Below are positions 10,665 to 23,604 of a stretch of DNA of 64,000 nucleotides, piece after piece. The notes below the pieces were generated by a model, which was given only the letters and a program-made list of their open reading frames with translations, did no database searches and was not told the origin of the DNA. Made by a program: the position numbers and the translations under genes. How positions within the stretch are numbered: the stretch's first letter is position 1; each line of letters opens with the position of its first letter. The DNA comes from Scyliorhinus canicula (lineage: Eukaryota): NCBI RefSeq assembly GCF_902713615.1, contig NC_052154.1:91829030-91893029 (forward strand). The letters are read 5' to 3'.

Positions 10665-11022
10665 ATTTACATAGATTTACATAGAATTTACAGTGCAGAA
10701 GGAGGCCATTCAGCTCATCGAGTCTGCACCGGCTCCTGGCAAGAGCACCCTACCCAAGGTTAATACCTCCACCCTATTCCCATAACCCAGTAACCTCACC
10801 CAACACTAAGGGCAATTTTGGACACGAACGGCAATTTATCATGGCCAATCCACCTAACCTGCACATCTTTGGACTGTGGGAGGAAACCGGAGCACCCGGA
10901 GGAAACCCACGCAGACACGGGGAGGATGTGCAGACTCCGCACAGACAGTGACCCAAGCCGGGAATCGAACCTGGGTCCCTGGAGCTGTGAAGCGATTGTG
11001 CTATCCACAATGCTACCGTGCT
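10665..11022 (-). mobile_element. HE1-type V-SINE
   Basis: tRNA head (gcacggtagcattgtggatagcac...ggttcgattcccgg), V core and tail ctgcactgtaaattctatg on the minus strand. Confidence 0.9.
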
Positions 11023-12529
11023 ATCTATGATATTTTAATGTCAATACCTAACCGTCATTGTATTGTCTGTCGTTAATCCTCAATTTCACATGCTGGAGCT
11101 CGCTGAGTGCCATTACAGCAAAATGCACTTACTACGTGGTAAGGGATGTTTTACTTCTCAATTCAGAACGTGCATTATTGGTGAGGTTTTCCAAATGCCT
11201 GAAAATCATCCCTTCCGGTTCTCCTTGGAAGTCCTTCTGCATGCTGATTTCACCGACTGACCGAATCATTATCTCCCGCGTGACCTGCAGAAGCTAGTTA
11301 AAGATTGATGTTAACTTAATCTATTCAGATTAACCACGTGTCAGCAAACAGCCATTCATCCAGTTTATCACTGATTTGAACAAGGGTCTTGCCTCTGGCG
11401 TCAGATTATGGATTAAACTTCGGCTTCACCAGTGCGATGACTGAGTTTGCGCAACGGGCATTGTGGCCTTGAGGCATAGGTGCGTTATTCCTGACATTTT
11501 CGCCATGCAATGATGGTAAATTATGCATACCGAAATTTAAGCATGGAAATCATCGTTATCACTCTAAGTAAATCCTACAGTTGCAAATTAAGGTAAACGC
11601 AAATTGAATCTGCTTTATTTCATGCAGAACAGTCAATGCATGAATGCATCATTCGAGTGTGATATAATCAGCGAATCAAACTGTGATCGCTGACTGCCGT
11701 AAAACTATTGCAGTGGTGAATATGTAATTGAAGATTGAAGCAAATGTCTCAATGGATGAACTTACTTTTATCACCGCAGACAAAATCTTCTATCAGCAAT
11801 CATGTCCATTATTTTAAGTATACTCTCATTCAATGCGTATCTTGTAACGACGCCGGCGTTTACATCACCACCCCAACACACTCACCTGCACCCCCCCTCA
11901 CCCCACCCCAGGGTCCCTTTGGTCGGCATTTAATGTTTGCATGTATTTCTATCAGTTGCTAACATAGTGTATCCTTGGATTATTAATATTGCATATATAT
12001 TAGAGTCGGGGATATGGTAGAGTTGGACCCTTCAGTGACTTCTATTTTTGAATAAATCAAATAACCAATTCGGCTAAATCAAATAAACTGAGGGCCAAAT
12101 TAAAGTTAGCCGCTTAAAAGAATACTGCCTGTTACGAATTTAAATCACAAATGAAACTTCAAACTCTAAGGAAAATTGTGAAAAGAGAGCCCAGGCAGGG
12201 AAGAACACATGGGTGCTGGTAGACACCGTGTGCTACCTCTCCATGGTTACTGGTACCGGAAAATTAATGTCGCCGGGGTAGAGGAGCGGACAGTCGAGTA
12301 GGATAACCCCCTCGATGCTCGACTGGCTGGACCTGTTTCTGGCGATCGAGGTAAGGCCCAGGTTCACAAGAGCTCCTCCTCCTGCCTGGACTCTCTCCAC
12401 ACTAGGGTCGAGTAGATGAGGAGCTCAGCGTTGCAGTGCAAACGGAACAGCAGCAAAATATGTTTTAAGAAACTGAAAACTGCGTGCAGTCTACCAAAAG
12501 TTAGATACATATAGTCCCTTCACTCCATA

Positions 12530-14305
12530 ACGTGGACGTCTTGGAGATCATAAAAAGTAAGAGGATAGCCAGTGAAAGGGTTGGCCCACTGAAGGATAGG
12601 CAAGGGAATCTATGTGTAGAGCCAGAGGAGTTGGTGGATGTTGAGTCTGGAGAAGGGTGTGTAGATAGCCTGGGTCACATTGAGATCCAAAAAGACGAAG
12701 TGTTGGGCGTCGTGAAAGATATTAAGGTAGGTAAGTCCCCGGGGCCTGATGGGATCTACCCCAGAATACTGAAGGAGGCTGGAGAGGAAATTGCTGAGGC
12801 CTTGACAATTTTTTTTGGATCCTCACTGTCTTCCGGTGATGTCCCGGAGGACTTGAGAGTAACCAATGTTGTTCCTTTGTTTAAGAAGTGTAGCAAGGAT
12901 TATCCAGGGATCTACAGGCCGGTGAGTCTTACGTTAGTGGTAGGGAAATTCGTGGAGAGTATTCTTCGAGACAGAATCTACTCCCATTTGGAAGCAAATG
13001 GACGTATTAGTGAGAGGCAACATAGTTTTGTGAAGGGGAGGTCGTGTCTCATTAACTTGATAGAGTTTTTCGAAGAGGTCACAAAGATGATTGATGCAGG
13101 TAGGGCAGTGGATTTTGTTTATGTGGACTTCAGTAAGGCATTTGACAAGGTCCCTCATGGTAGACTGGTACAAAAGGTGAAGTCACACGGGATCAGGGGT
13201 GAGCTGCCAAGGTGGATACAGAACTGGCTAGGTCAAAGAAGGTGGAGAGTGGCAATGGAAGGGTGCTTTTCTAATTGGAGGGCTGTGACTGGTGGTGTTC
13301 CACAGGGATGAGTGCTTGGACCTTTGCTGTTCGTAGTATATATAAATGATTTGGAGGAAAATGTAACTGGTCTGATTAGTAAGTTTGCAGACGACACAAA
13401 GGTTGGTGGAATTGCGGATAGCGATGAGGACTGTCAGAGGACACAGCAGGATTTGGTTCATTTGTAGACTTGGGCAGAGAGATGGCAGATGGAGTTTAAA
13501 CCGGAGAAATGTGAGTTAATTCATTTTGGAAGGTCGAATGCAGGTAGGCAATATACAGTGTATGGTAGAACTCTAAAGAGCATTGAAAGTCAGAGAGATC
13601 TAGTTGTTCAGGTCCACAGGTCACTGAAAGGGGCAACACAGGTGGAGAAGGTAATCAAGAAGGCATACAGCATGCTTGCCTTCATTGGCCAGGGCATTGA
13701 GAATAAGAATTGGCAAGTCATGTTGCAGCTGTATAGAAACTCAGTTAGACCACACTTGGAGTATAGTGTTCAATTCTGGTCGCCACATGACCAGAAGTAT
13801 GTGGAGGATTTAGAGAGTGTACAGAAGAGATTTACCAGGATGTTGCCTGGTATGGAGGGCATTAGCTATGAGGAGCGGTTAAATAAACTCGGTTTGTTCT
13901 CACTGGAACGACGGAGTTTGAGGGGCTACCTGATAGAGGTCTACAAAATTATGAGGGACATAGACAGAGTGAATCGTAAGAGGCTTTTCCCCAGGGTAGA
14001 GGGGTCAATTACTAGGGGGCATATGTTTAAGGTGCGAGGGGTAAGGTTTAGAGTATATGTACGAGGCAAGTGTTTTACACAGAGTGTAGTGGGTGCCTGG
14101 AACACGCTGCCGGAGGAGGTGGTGGAAGCAGGGACGATAGTGACATTTAAGTGGCATCTTGATAAATAAATGAGTAGGATGGGAATAGAGGGATACGGTC
14201 CCAGGAAGTGTGGAAGATTGTAGTTTGGTCGGGCAGCATGGTCGGCGAGGGCTTGCAGGGCCGATGGGCCTGTTCCTGTGCTGTACTTTTCTTTGTTATT
14301 TGTTC
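12530..14305 (+). mobile_element. CR1 LINE, ORF2 RT region to 3' tail
   Basis: KSPGPDGIYPRILKE, YRPVSLT, DFSKAFDKVPHGRL, GVPQG*VLGPLLF, KFADDTK, QFWSPH, VQKRFTRMLPG. Confidence 0.95.
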
Positions 14306-15434
14306 TTTGTTCGTGAACCGATGTACCTCAATGTTGTGTGGGGCTGCTGGTTACATCACCCTCTACCTCAGATCTCCTGGGGTGTGTGTGGGGGGAGGGA
14401 GGGCGCGCTCAGTTGACAAGGGAGATATGGAAGGGGGCGTCAACTGTGGTCCTCCAACTCTTTGGTGATGAGATATCTCTGAATAAAACTCACTTGAGAA
14501 TGTCTTATTTTCGTTTGAGATTGTTGTTTTGATCGAGATTAAATTCGGTTCATTCAACATGTTCTATTTGTAATCATGCGAACCAATCAATCAAATAGGT
14601 GCGAAATCCACCAGAAAAGGTCAGATATTGCATATCCTTCATTAAATAGTTGAGATGCACACTGTGCAAAGTCTGTCCGCCTCCTACGTACCATGCCTCT
14701 GATACAATACTCACCATTGCCTGGATGTGCATTGCTGCATAAATAATCATTAAAGGGAAAAACACTGAATGGAGGTGATGGACTACTTTAAGCACTCATT
14801 CCCTTTGGTTTGTCGACACCGTGTCTGCAGTGTAGGCATCTTGGTGATGCAATGGACGGCTCGGGCGGCACGGTAGCACAATGGGTCGCACTGCTGCCTC
14901 ACAGCTCCAGGTTCGATTTTGGAGGGATTATATGATTTTCCTAGAGCATCTTCAGGTTTGTGAGAACAGAACTTTAAGGTAGATGACAACATCCGAACAC
15001 AAGTACCGGGACATTCTCTCCAGGCCCGAGTAAATCCTATCTTGAACAAAGATCACCATTCCCTTATCACTGATATATCAGCATGTCGCAACACGTTCGT
15101 GGGTGAAGGCACGGCACTAACACTTGTACCAAATAATGCTATTGGAGAAAGAAGCAAATTAATGCGGATGTTGGGACCTGAAATTCACACATCAGAAAAT
15201 GCAGAACACCTCTGCAGATCTAACAGCATCTGTAGAGATAAAATCGAAACGTTAATCCATTCTCGCTTCACAGATGCTATTAGCCCCGATGAGGATGCCA
15301 GCACTTTATATTTTTGTTAGCAATTGGAGATATCCTCTTCAAAACATATTGACATGAAGTACGAATATTCAGTAGATCCCGCTATCTCAACGATTGCCAT
15401 ATTATTTAAAATCATCAATTTTTAAAATAGTTTC

Positions 15435-15653
15435 AAAAAATAAATTTAGAGTACCCAATTATTATTTTTTCAGTGAAGGGGTAATTTAGCATGACCAATT
15501 AACCTACCGTGCACATCTTTGGGTTGTGGGGGATGAAATCCACGCAGTCACGGGGAGAATGTGCAAAGTCCACACGGATAGTGACCCAGGAGCCGGGATT
15601 TGAACCCGGGCCCACAGTAGGCTGCAGTGCTAACCACAGTGACACATGCCGCC
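15435..15653 (-). mobile_element. short V-SINE subfamily
   Basis: Reverse complement ggcggcatgtgtcactgtggttagcactgc...ggttcaaatccc, core and ttgggtactctaaattt end; same as 23316. Confidence 0.8.
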
Positions 15654-15866
15654 AGGTCAATTTTAAATAAATGATTGTGGTTTTAAGAATAATGATTGGC
15701 AAATGTCACGCTTTCTGAATTATGGCCCGTCTGGTCAACGGTATAAATCTGCGGTAGAGAGAGGATTAACGGAAAATAAGGGGAAAGCAACAACAAGTCT
15801 GATCTGATAAACATGCCTCCTTTTGTTAAATAGTTTCTCGCACAATGACGGCTCAATGGCACCAAC

Positions 15867-16187
15867 CTTGTACAATTAACTCGGTTCCATTTTCACTGGA
15901 AACTTTCTTGCTGAAGACTCTGACGCTACAATAATAGACACCGGAGTCCTGGAAACTCACATTAAGGAGATGGAGCTCCGCAGATCCTTGCCTGAAAGGT
16001 ATCATTATATTTCGTTTGTCGGATGACAATTGTAAAGTCCCTTCCTTGCTGTCTCTTCGCCAATATACATCCACTAATGTGTTGTGGTCGAAAAGCGGGA
16101 TTGAGCAATACATGGAGACGTTTGCACCTTTCACTGGAGATTCAAGGGTGGGGATCTGGCGAACTGATAGAGATGTCCCCCCTGTCG
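15867..16187 (-). CDS. IgSF receptor gene A: single-exon VJ-type V-set domain (NKp30/NCR3-like), reading frame intact
   Basis: Acceptor ttctttttcccgacag, donor caag|gttggt, phase 1-1, 321 nt. Canonical residues MYC, VYWRR, AELHLLNV, QDSGVYYC and J-like G strand SENGTELIV (compare NKp30 AELHIRDV...GNGTRLVV). Confidence 0.9.
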
Positions 16188-16373
16188 CTGTCGGGAAAAA
16201 GAAATACGGATTAGATGCAGAGATCATGATTAGCAGATTTAAAATAATCGATATAATAAGGAAGAAATAAAAACGAAATTGAATTGCAAAGTGCAGTATC
16301 AACACTCGGAATGCCTTCTAAAGCCATTCTTGATCACATTTTTCATTTATTACACCGGTCATTGTATGCACAC

Positions 16374-16428
16374 CTCCGTAAACAATGCCCAGGACTGAGA
16401 AGCACCACTGCACATTAAGCACAGACAT
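16374..16428 (-). CDS. gene A leader (signal peptide) exon
   Basis: MSVLNVQWCFSVLGIVYG-G then gag|gtgtgc; phase 1; 186-nt intron to the V exon, mirroring the 192-nt leader intron of gene B. Confidence 0.7.
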
Positions 16429-18497
16429 TCTGAGGCAAGTCCAATAAACTGTATCACTCGCAAAGTAAGACGTTGGGAAAGACTTTAGTGCGCAGCCATA
16501 TAGGTGTTTGCAGGTTATCTTGCATTGAGCATTTTGCAATCTGGCACGGCGTAAGATAGCTCAACCTATAGCTTCAAAGTACCGGTTTCATTTTATTTTA
16601 CGTCAGAGGTGAGAACACACTGTGGAATTTAAAACCACCCACATCTCTTTGTTGTTCATTCGAATGTGGACCATTGTTGCATCAGGTGAAAAAAATCCAA
16701 ATTGATGCAACTGCTGTATTCCTGTCAAAAATAACAACTTTGTATTCACACGTTCTGGTAGGTGAGCTGATAACGGTCTGCCCCAATTCACTCACTTTCC
16801 TGTATAGCTCCGTCACGCGTACGCAATGGAAACGCAACTGCACAATGGGGCAACATCTATTTTATTCACCAAAAGGTTATTCGGTTTCAAAGTCGCTGCA
16901 AAGCACTGACATTCAGCTGGCCTCCTATTTTGAAATTGATAGGCGTTCCGGATACCAACCGGAATAATAGCAGTGGGAGAACGTACTCTCATCCCAACAC
17001 ATGCCAGTCTCCACTTTGGGAAATTAATTGTAATTCATGTCCAGTCCGGGACTGGTTGATTTTTTTTAAAGCCGCATATTGTTTGCGATGATTGGGAAAA
17101 TTATCCTTGATGGATAATTCAGCTGTTAATTAGGTTTTCCGATTTTTCTGCCGCTGACTGAGTGATGGTAACTCGATACAATTATTGAGAGTTTTGTCAT
17201 GATTATGGTTTTGAGAACTGCTGATGAATGGACTTTGCTGGTGAGCGGGTATTCCTTCTGCTGCCTAGTATGAACTCCGGTAAATGGTATGTTCCTGTTG
17301 GTGACCAGGCAGATCTGATAGTTTTCCTTGTTGGTGATCATCTGTGTAATTGATCCAACATATTGTTTAATGCTGTCGATGACCATATATCTGCACTGAA
17401 GTCCGGATGCAAACTTGTTTGCACTCTGGGGACAGTTCCATATGCTGCTGGTGATTCTGATATTCCGATAGGCGATCTTGCGGACGACTATCTAATGTGA
17501 ATGGCGCCACGCTGTTGTTGTTGATTTTCCGTTGCAAGTGATTGTATAATTATATCGTTGTTTGTAATTGGCTGGTGCTGCTGTCGGTTTCTTGGTGTTG
17601 TTTTTATATTATACATGGATCGGTTGTGTTCACCTTTACATCCCTGTGTTTCCTGCATTTTGCCTGGCACGCCGCAGCAGCTGTTCCTGGGGCAAAAAGC
17701 CAAAGGTCTTCTGCGGCTTTATACGGCTATCTTTGTGACGTGATTTTTTTTTCTTTTTATGTTTGCGTAGATGACATTATATGCCTTTTGCACGCCTAAT
17801 ATGTATGATTTGTTTACGGATGTTCATTGCGTTGCACGGTGTCCTTTATTTGTGTATGTCTGTGTATAACTCTGTTTCTTTTCGGTTTGTGTTATATATG
17901 CATATTTATGTGTTACAACGTTGCCCTGTTCGGATGTTTTACCATGTAATTTATCTGTGGTTAGGTGAATGTTTCTGTGTGATTTGCATTGTATGCGTGT
18001 GAACAACCACGTATACCTTATGAAATAATAATTACCTTCCTGTTAGTTTCACATCAAATTATTTTAGTTTCCGCTTGTTAGAGTTTGTCCAGCCGCGCTC
18101 GATTTATCGGTTGTTTTTTTCTTGTCAAATTTTCCGTCCAGGTTAAGCAATCATTTTCATTTTTTATTTTCATTTGAAAATGACATACTTGAGAGACGGG
18201 CTTGTTGAAGGAGAGGCAGGGGATCCAGATGGAGTTTGGGTTATTGTCCATGAGGAAAGTGGTGGAGCAGCTGCGGAGGGCCAAATGGGCAGTGTGTGAG
18301 TGAGGAGAACAGATGAGCGGGATATTGACCCAGCATCTGAGGAAGCAGGCAGCAGTGAGGGTGATTTGTAGGGTGAGGGTAGTGTGGCGATGGTTGTTGG
18401 GTTACGGGTATAGGGTGGTTACGTGGGTTTGAGTAGGGTGATCATTGCTCGGCACAACATCGAGGGCCGGTTCTGTGCTGTACTGTTCTGTGTTCTA

Positions 18498-18667
18498 TGA
18501 CTGGTTTAGCACAGTGGGTTAAACAGCTGGCGTCTAATGCAGAACAATTCCAGCGGCGGGGGTTCAATTCCCGCTCCGGCATCCCCGAACAAGTGCCGGA
18601 ATGTGCCGACTAGAGGCTTTTCACACTACCTTCATTGAAGCCTACTTGTCACAATAAACGATTATTA
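18498..18667 (+). mobile_element. SINE family B, directly after an isolated HE1/CR1 tail (18400-18497)
   Basis: actggtttagcacagtgggttaaacagctgg...ggttcaattccc...cttttcacactaccttcattgaagcctacttgtcacaataa. Confidence 0.8.
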
Positions 18668-18689
18668 TACGGAGCTGGCTGCATAGCTG

Positions 18690-20480
18690 GAGCTGCAGCT
18701 AGGATATAGAATGAGGGGGCGGATAGTGGGGAGCTCCCCCCTCCATATTGACGCAGGCTTCCATATTCTGTACCTTGAAAAACGTTAAGGACGTGGAGCA
18801 GCGTGGGGGCATACCGCCAGATATTGCTGCTTAGTGTTGATGTCCATTTGTTGGCGAAGGTGCTGGCATCCTGAACGGAGGACTCTGTGCCGGGGTGATG
18901 AGGGAGGACCAGGCGGGATTTGTGATGTGTAGGTAGTTGTTTGCGAATGTGCGCAGGCTGCTTAATGTAGTTAGGATACCCTCGGACTGGCAGGGTTTGC
19001 GGTTGGAGTGGCTGTGGACGCGAATAAGGTCTTTGATCAGGTTAATGAGCGTATTTGTTTGAGATGTTGGGCTGGTCAAGGTTTTGTGGAGTGGGTTCGG
19101 CTGTTGCACAGTGCGTCAGTTACATCGTGTGATGAGGCAGGGCTGCCTGCTCTCCCCATTGATTTTAACCTTGGTGATGAAGCCATTGGCTATGGTGCCT
19201 AGGGTGTTGAGGAGCTGGAAGGGGATTGAGCGAGTGGGGGGGGGGGGGGGGGGGGGTGCGCATAGAGTTTCGCTACATGTGGATGATTCTTTTGTTATGC
19301 ACTTTGGACCCGGTGGGTAGCATTGAAGGGATTATGGGGATTCTGATGTAATTCGGCCGGCTATCGGGGTACAAATTGAACCTGGGGAATCGAGAGGTGT
19401 TCACGGTTAATGCTATGAGCCCAGGAATGGTTTCGACTTTGCAGGTGAGGAGCCAGTCCAGACAGCATTTTACACTGGAGGACATGTTGCTGTGGACGCC
19501 GATATGTGACAATCATAGGTTTGTGCCAGAGGGGTTGGGTGAGAGGTTTCGGCAGCAGCCTTGGTGGAGAACTTTAGCGACATCTCCATGGGGGGCACTT
19601 TTTCAGGACTGGAGGAGTTGGGGAATTGTGCAAGTTGCCACAAGAGTATGGAATTTGGTACCTGCAGGTGAGAGATTTTGTGAACAGAGGGATGCCGTCC
19701 TTCATGGGGCTTCCAAGTCTGGTGTTGCAGGACAAGTTGCAGTCGGAGGTTAATTTAGGGGAGGGTTTCGCATATCTACTGGATGTAGTGATTGCTCGAG
19801 CGCAGGTAATGTGTTACGCGCCGATGGAGAGGAAGGCACCATTGTGGAAATGATTAAGTGCAACTGGGAGGAGAGGTTACAAGGATAGGTGCGGACCAGG
19901 ACGTAGGTAGAAGCTTTGCGGAGGTGAATGCATCCTCCTTGTGTCTGAGGTTGAGCCTCATCCAGTTTAAGGGGGTGCATAGGGCCCACAAGATGGTGGC
20001 GAGGATGAGTCAGCACTTCGTGAAGGTGGAAGATATGTGTGCGCGATTTGCGATGCAGGGGGCTGGGGGGGATTTAAAACATCCACATGTTTTGGGCGAG
20101 TCCAAAACAGATGGGGTTTGGCAGCGGTTCCCAGATGTTGTTTCCGAAGGATTGGGTGTGGGGGTGGCCCCTAGCTCAGACGTGGCGAAATTCAGTGTCT
20201 CCGGAGAAACGGTAGTCCAGGTGGGGAGCGAGGTCTTTGCCTCTGGAAACGGATTTTGTGGTGTTGGCGGAACTTGGAGCCGCCGAACGTGTGGGTATGG
20301 CTGAGTTACGTGGTAGAATTCTTGCGGTACAAGAAGGTCAAGTTCGCTTTGGTGGAGTCTGAGGAATGGTTCACCTGGAGGTGGAAATCGACCATTGATT
20401 TCTTCAAGGAGGATTAAGGGGTCTGGAGGGGTTTGCGTAATTGGTGGGTTGCTGGCGGAGGGATGAAGAGATATCAATTA
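18690..20480 (+). mobile_element. degraded L1/Tx1-clade LINE ORF2 (RT and C-terminal region)
   Basis: DANKVFDQV, RQGCLLSPLILTLVMKPLA, HRVSLHVDD, GYKLNLG, LSLIQFKGVHRAH, KHPHVLG motifs. Confidence 0.8.
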
Positions 20481-20859
20481 GGAAGGCGGGGTGCGGTGGG
20501 GTTTTGGTAAAAGGGGAGTTTGGGCAATTGTGTTTTTTTTATCATGACGGCGCGTAACACATTACCTGTGCTCGAGCAATCACCACATCCAGAAGGAGCA
20601 GCGACATTGCTGGTCCTGGCACGTGCCTGTTACGAGTCTCAGCCCCGGTCCCTACAGGTTCCTGTCATCATTGCATTGATTGGCGACCAATAGTGATTTG
20701 ATATCACGCCACCCTTCGTCCTTATGTAACGTAGCAGATTCTATTTCAGCCGCAGTCTGTTTCCCTGCATACAGCCAACACATAAGATAAACATGGGAAG
20801 GATAGAAAAGCTACTATGGAAGTAGATTGTCTTTCTTCTTCCTATGTTCCCTGCCTACT

Positions 20860-21110
20860 GCTCACCACTATCTGTCGCATCACAACACACTTTACACTGA
20901 TCATACCGGCATTATCTTTGTATCTCAAAACCGCTGTTTAGTGCCTCAATTTCTCCCGGTTCTGTGCATTTCCCACGCGTTTTAACCGACCATTAACCAT
21001 CTGATCATGCTGCCATTCTATCCTCCGTTCTGCGCAAACACTGGAACGTCAGATTCATCCCTGCCATCTGAACGACTGATGGCTTTGCTCGCCCTCTATC
21101 TCCAGTAACG
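20860..21110 (-). pseudogene. decayed Ig-domain exon (C2/I-type spacing)
   Basis: With frameshifts: KPSVVQMAGMNLTFQC (Cys 21038-21040) ... SMIRW ... LRYKDNAGM(Y)QC (Cys 20894-20896); splice sites not identified. Confidence 0.4.
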
Positions 21111-21276
21111 ATCGTTTTCTCTTCCGACCCTCCCATTTTACAACCAGGCTGATCTGCCCTCAAAATCTTTCTGCATAAACGTGTCGTTTAAACAAAAGGG
21201 TGTGCCAAATTATATTTGGGAATTAGCAACGATCAAGATTCGGTTCAAAGTCTAAAAAGACGATTACACCATGACT

Positions 21277-21629
21277 GCAGCACGGTAGCATTGTGGAGAG
21301 CACAATCGCTTCACAGCTCCAGGGTCCCAGGTTCGATTCCCGGCTTGGGTCACTGTCTGTGCGGAGTCTGCACATCCTCCCCGTGTGTGCGTGGGTTTCC
21401 TCCGGGTGCTCCGGTTTCCTCCCACAGTCCAAAGATGTGCAGGTTAGGTGGATTGGCCATGATAAATTGCCCTTAGTGTCCAAAATGACCCTTAGTGTTG
21501 GGTGTGTTACTGGGTTATGGGGACAGGGTGGAGTTGTTGACCTTGGGTAGGGTGCTCTTTCCAAGAGCCGGTGCAGACTCGATGGGCTGAATGGCCTCCT
21601 TCTGCACTGTAAATTATATGATTCTATGA
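21277..21629 (+). mobile_element. HE1-type V-SINE
   Basis: Full head, V core and tail. Confidence 0.9.
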
Positions 21630-22357
21630 CAAGGAGAGAATTGGCGAGTTTGACGTCGAGTTTGAAATTTTATGACAACAGCGGGAAGGAGCACAGATGG
21701 AGGGAAGGACGACTTCTGTGGAATACTGCAGAGACTGTCCACAGTAAATTGTGTGCATGTGTGTGTGTGTGTGTGGGGGGGGGGGGGGGTAGAAAATAAA
21801 AGGGGTCAGGATATAAGATCAGTGACTCGTGAAAAATAAATCCATGTGATGCAGGGTTTATTGTTTTATCCAAATGGCAACAAAACTACCTATCCTTAAA
21901 TTAATGTGTGGTTAATAAAAGAACTGACAATGTTGGACTGGAACAGAAAGCATGCATACATTCACAAACATCCCGGGAAATATGATTTTGTACTTGCTGC
22001 TTTCATGGGATGTAGCCGCCACGAGTGAGGCCAATATTCGTGGACCATTCTCCAATTACCCTTGGCGTGAGTAACAATTTCAGAGAACAGGTAAGTGTCA
22101 ATGATGTCGCATGTCACATTTCTTCTCATGGAGGCCAGACCAGGCAATCTGGCAGACTTAATTTCGGAACGAATATTATGAAATCATTTGGTTTGTACAA
22201 CAATTATCTGAAGGTCTCTGCACTAGAGAGTCACTTCCAATTCCAGACTTATCAATTACATTTAAATTCCATGTTTTCATTAGCTTAATTAACTCAGATC
22301 CCCAAATCATTATCTTGTAACTGGATTACGAGTCCAGTGAGGGTACGGCTATTTCAC

Positions 22358-22439
22358 CGTCTCCTGCCAAGAAACATTAAAGGCACAAAGAGAAAATCTG
22401 CAACCAAAAGCACAGTTGTGCATTATATTAGGAAGCAGG
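22358..22439 (-). pseudogene. candidate transmembrane exon with an internal stop
   Basis: ttcacag|(A)CFLI*CTTVLLVADFLFVPLMFLGRR-R|gtgaaa; phase 1-2, hydrophobic run followed by a basic stop-transfer. Confidence 0.45.
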
Positions 22440-22902
22440 CTGTGAATTGGACTAATGAGCTTTGTCCAGAAATTGATACCATCAATAATGTAATTGTAAA
22501 TGTGGAAATAGAGGACATTGGTAATTGCATTACTTCATAATTAGCAGTGCCGGCCATCACAAGTGTACACATGTTGAATTAGCAGAGAAGACTCACCAAC
22601 ATTATCATTATAAATTTAAGAGCATTGATGTGGAAATAATGACACATAATGTGTCAAATCCTATATGGACGATATTTCCCACAGTGACCCTTTAAAATAA
22701 CTCGGTGATCATTTCAGGAGTCCAAATTATAACCTTCTGAAGTTCTATCGATTCAAACTATTTCCTTCTGTTTGAATGCGTGGTTTTATATGATTGCTAT
22801 TTTTGAAACCCTCCTTTAATTTATAGTTGCATTGAAAGTTTGACCTATTTTTTCTATCCTGTGATATGCTTCTGCGCAGTGGTTAACACCAAGACCAGCA
22901 GA

Positions 22903-23259
22903 GGGCAGCACGGTAGCATAGTGGGTAGCACAATTGCTTCACAGCTCCTTGGTCCCAGGTTCGATTCCGGCTTGGGTCACTGTCTGTGTGGAGTCTGCAC
23001 ATCCTCCCTGCGTGTGCGTGGGTTTGCTCCGGGTGCTCCAGTTTCCTTCCACAGTCAAAGAATGTGCAGGTTCGGTGGATTGGCCATGATAAATTGCCCT
23101 TTGTGTCCAAAATTGCCATTAGTCTTGGGTGGGGTTGCTGGGTTATGGGGATGGGGTGGAGGTGTTGACCTTGGGTCGGGTGCTCTTTCCAAGAGCTGGT
23201 GCAGACTCGATGGGCCGAATGGCCTCCTTCTGCACTGTAAATTCCATGAAATTCTATGA
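22903..23259 (+). mobile_element. HE1-type V-SINE
   Basis: Full head, V core and tail. Confidence 0.9.
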
Positions 23260-23315
23260 ACCCAGTTGTCAGATCACCATTCGACTAAGTAGTGCTCAGT
23301 AAATGTTGATTGTGG

Positions 23316-23522
23316 ACGGCACAGTGACGTAATGGTTAGCACTGCTGTCGGCAGTGCTGAGGACCCTGACTCGATCCCCGCTGCAATGTGATGTTTGCAC
23401 ATTCGCCCTGTGTCTGCGTGGGTATCGCACCCACACCACAAAGATGGGCAAGCCAGGTGGATTGGTCACGCAAATTGCCCTCAAATTGTAAAAAGAACAA
23501 TAATTGGGTACTCTAAATTTAT
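23316..23522 (+). mobile_element. short V-SINE subfamily
   Basis: ggcacagtgacgtaatggttagcactgctg...ttgggtactctaaattt. Confidence 0.75.
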
Positions 23523-23604
23523 GAAAGAAAGTTACTTGCACTCCGTTAGAATAAAATATTTGATTTCAGAAATCGTGTCAAATCAGTCACTGGAATTCGA
23601 GCCA

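Noticed and set aside
11058-11297. ORF with LNFTCW...VTC that looks like an Ig domain
   Set aside because: No in-frame core Trp, no DxGxYxC or YxCxVxH motif, no convincing splice sites.
11843-12440. LTR-like segment beginning TGTAAC
   Set aside because: No matching CA end or TSD could be defined.
14715-14734. 20-nt minus-strand mini-exon candidate (tttatgcag|...|gtgagt), with possible partners at ~15007-15140 and ~11290, as the gene A tail
   Set aside because: The phases can be chained but no stop-free TM exon was found; needs RNA-seq.
17126-17470. Possible minus-strand cytoplasmic exon DSRPQDRLSEYQNH...QIYGHRQH*
   Set aside because: Weak acceptor, no canonical ITIM/ITAM, and not linkable to a gene.
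17520-18070. Hydrophobic ORFs in a T/G-rich stretch
   Set aside because: Low-complexity composition explains the apparent TM segments.
21277-21360. tRNA-like A and B boxes here and at many other sites
   Set aside because: All continue into SINE bodies; none folds as a complete tRNA gene.
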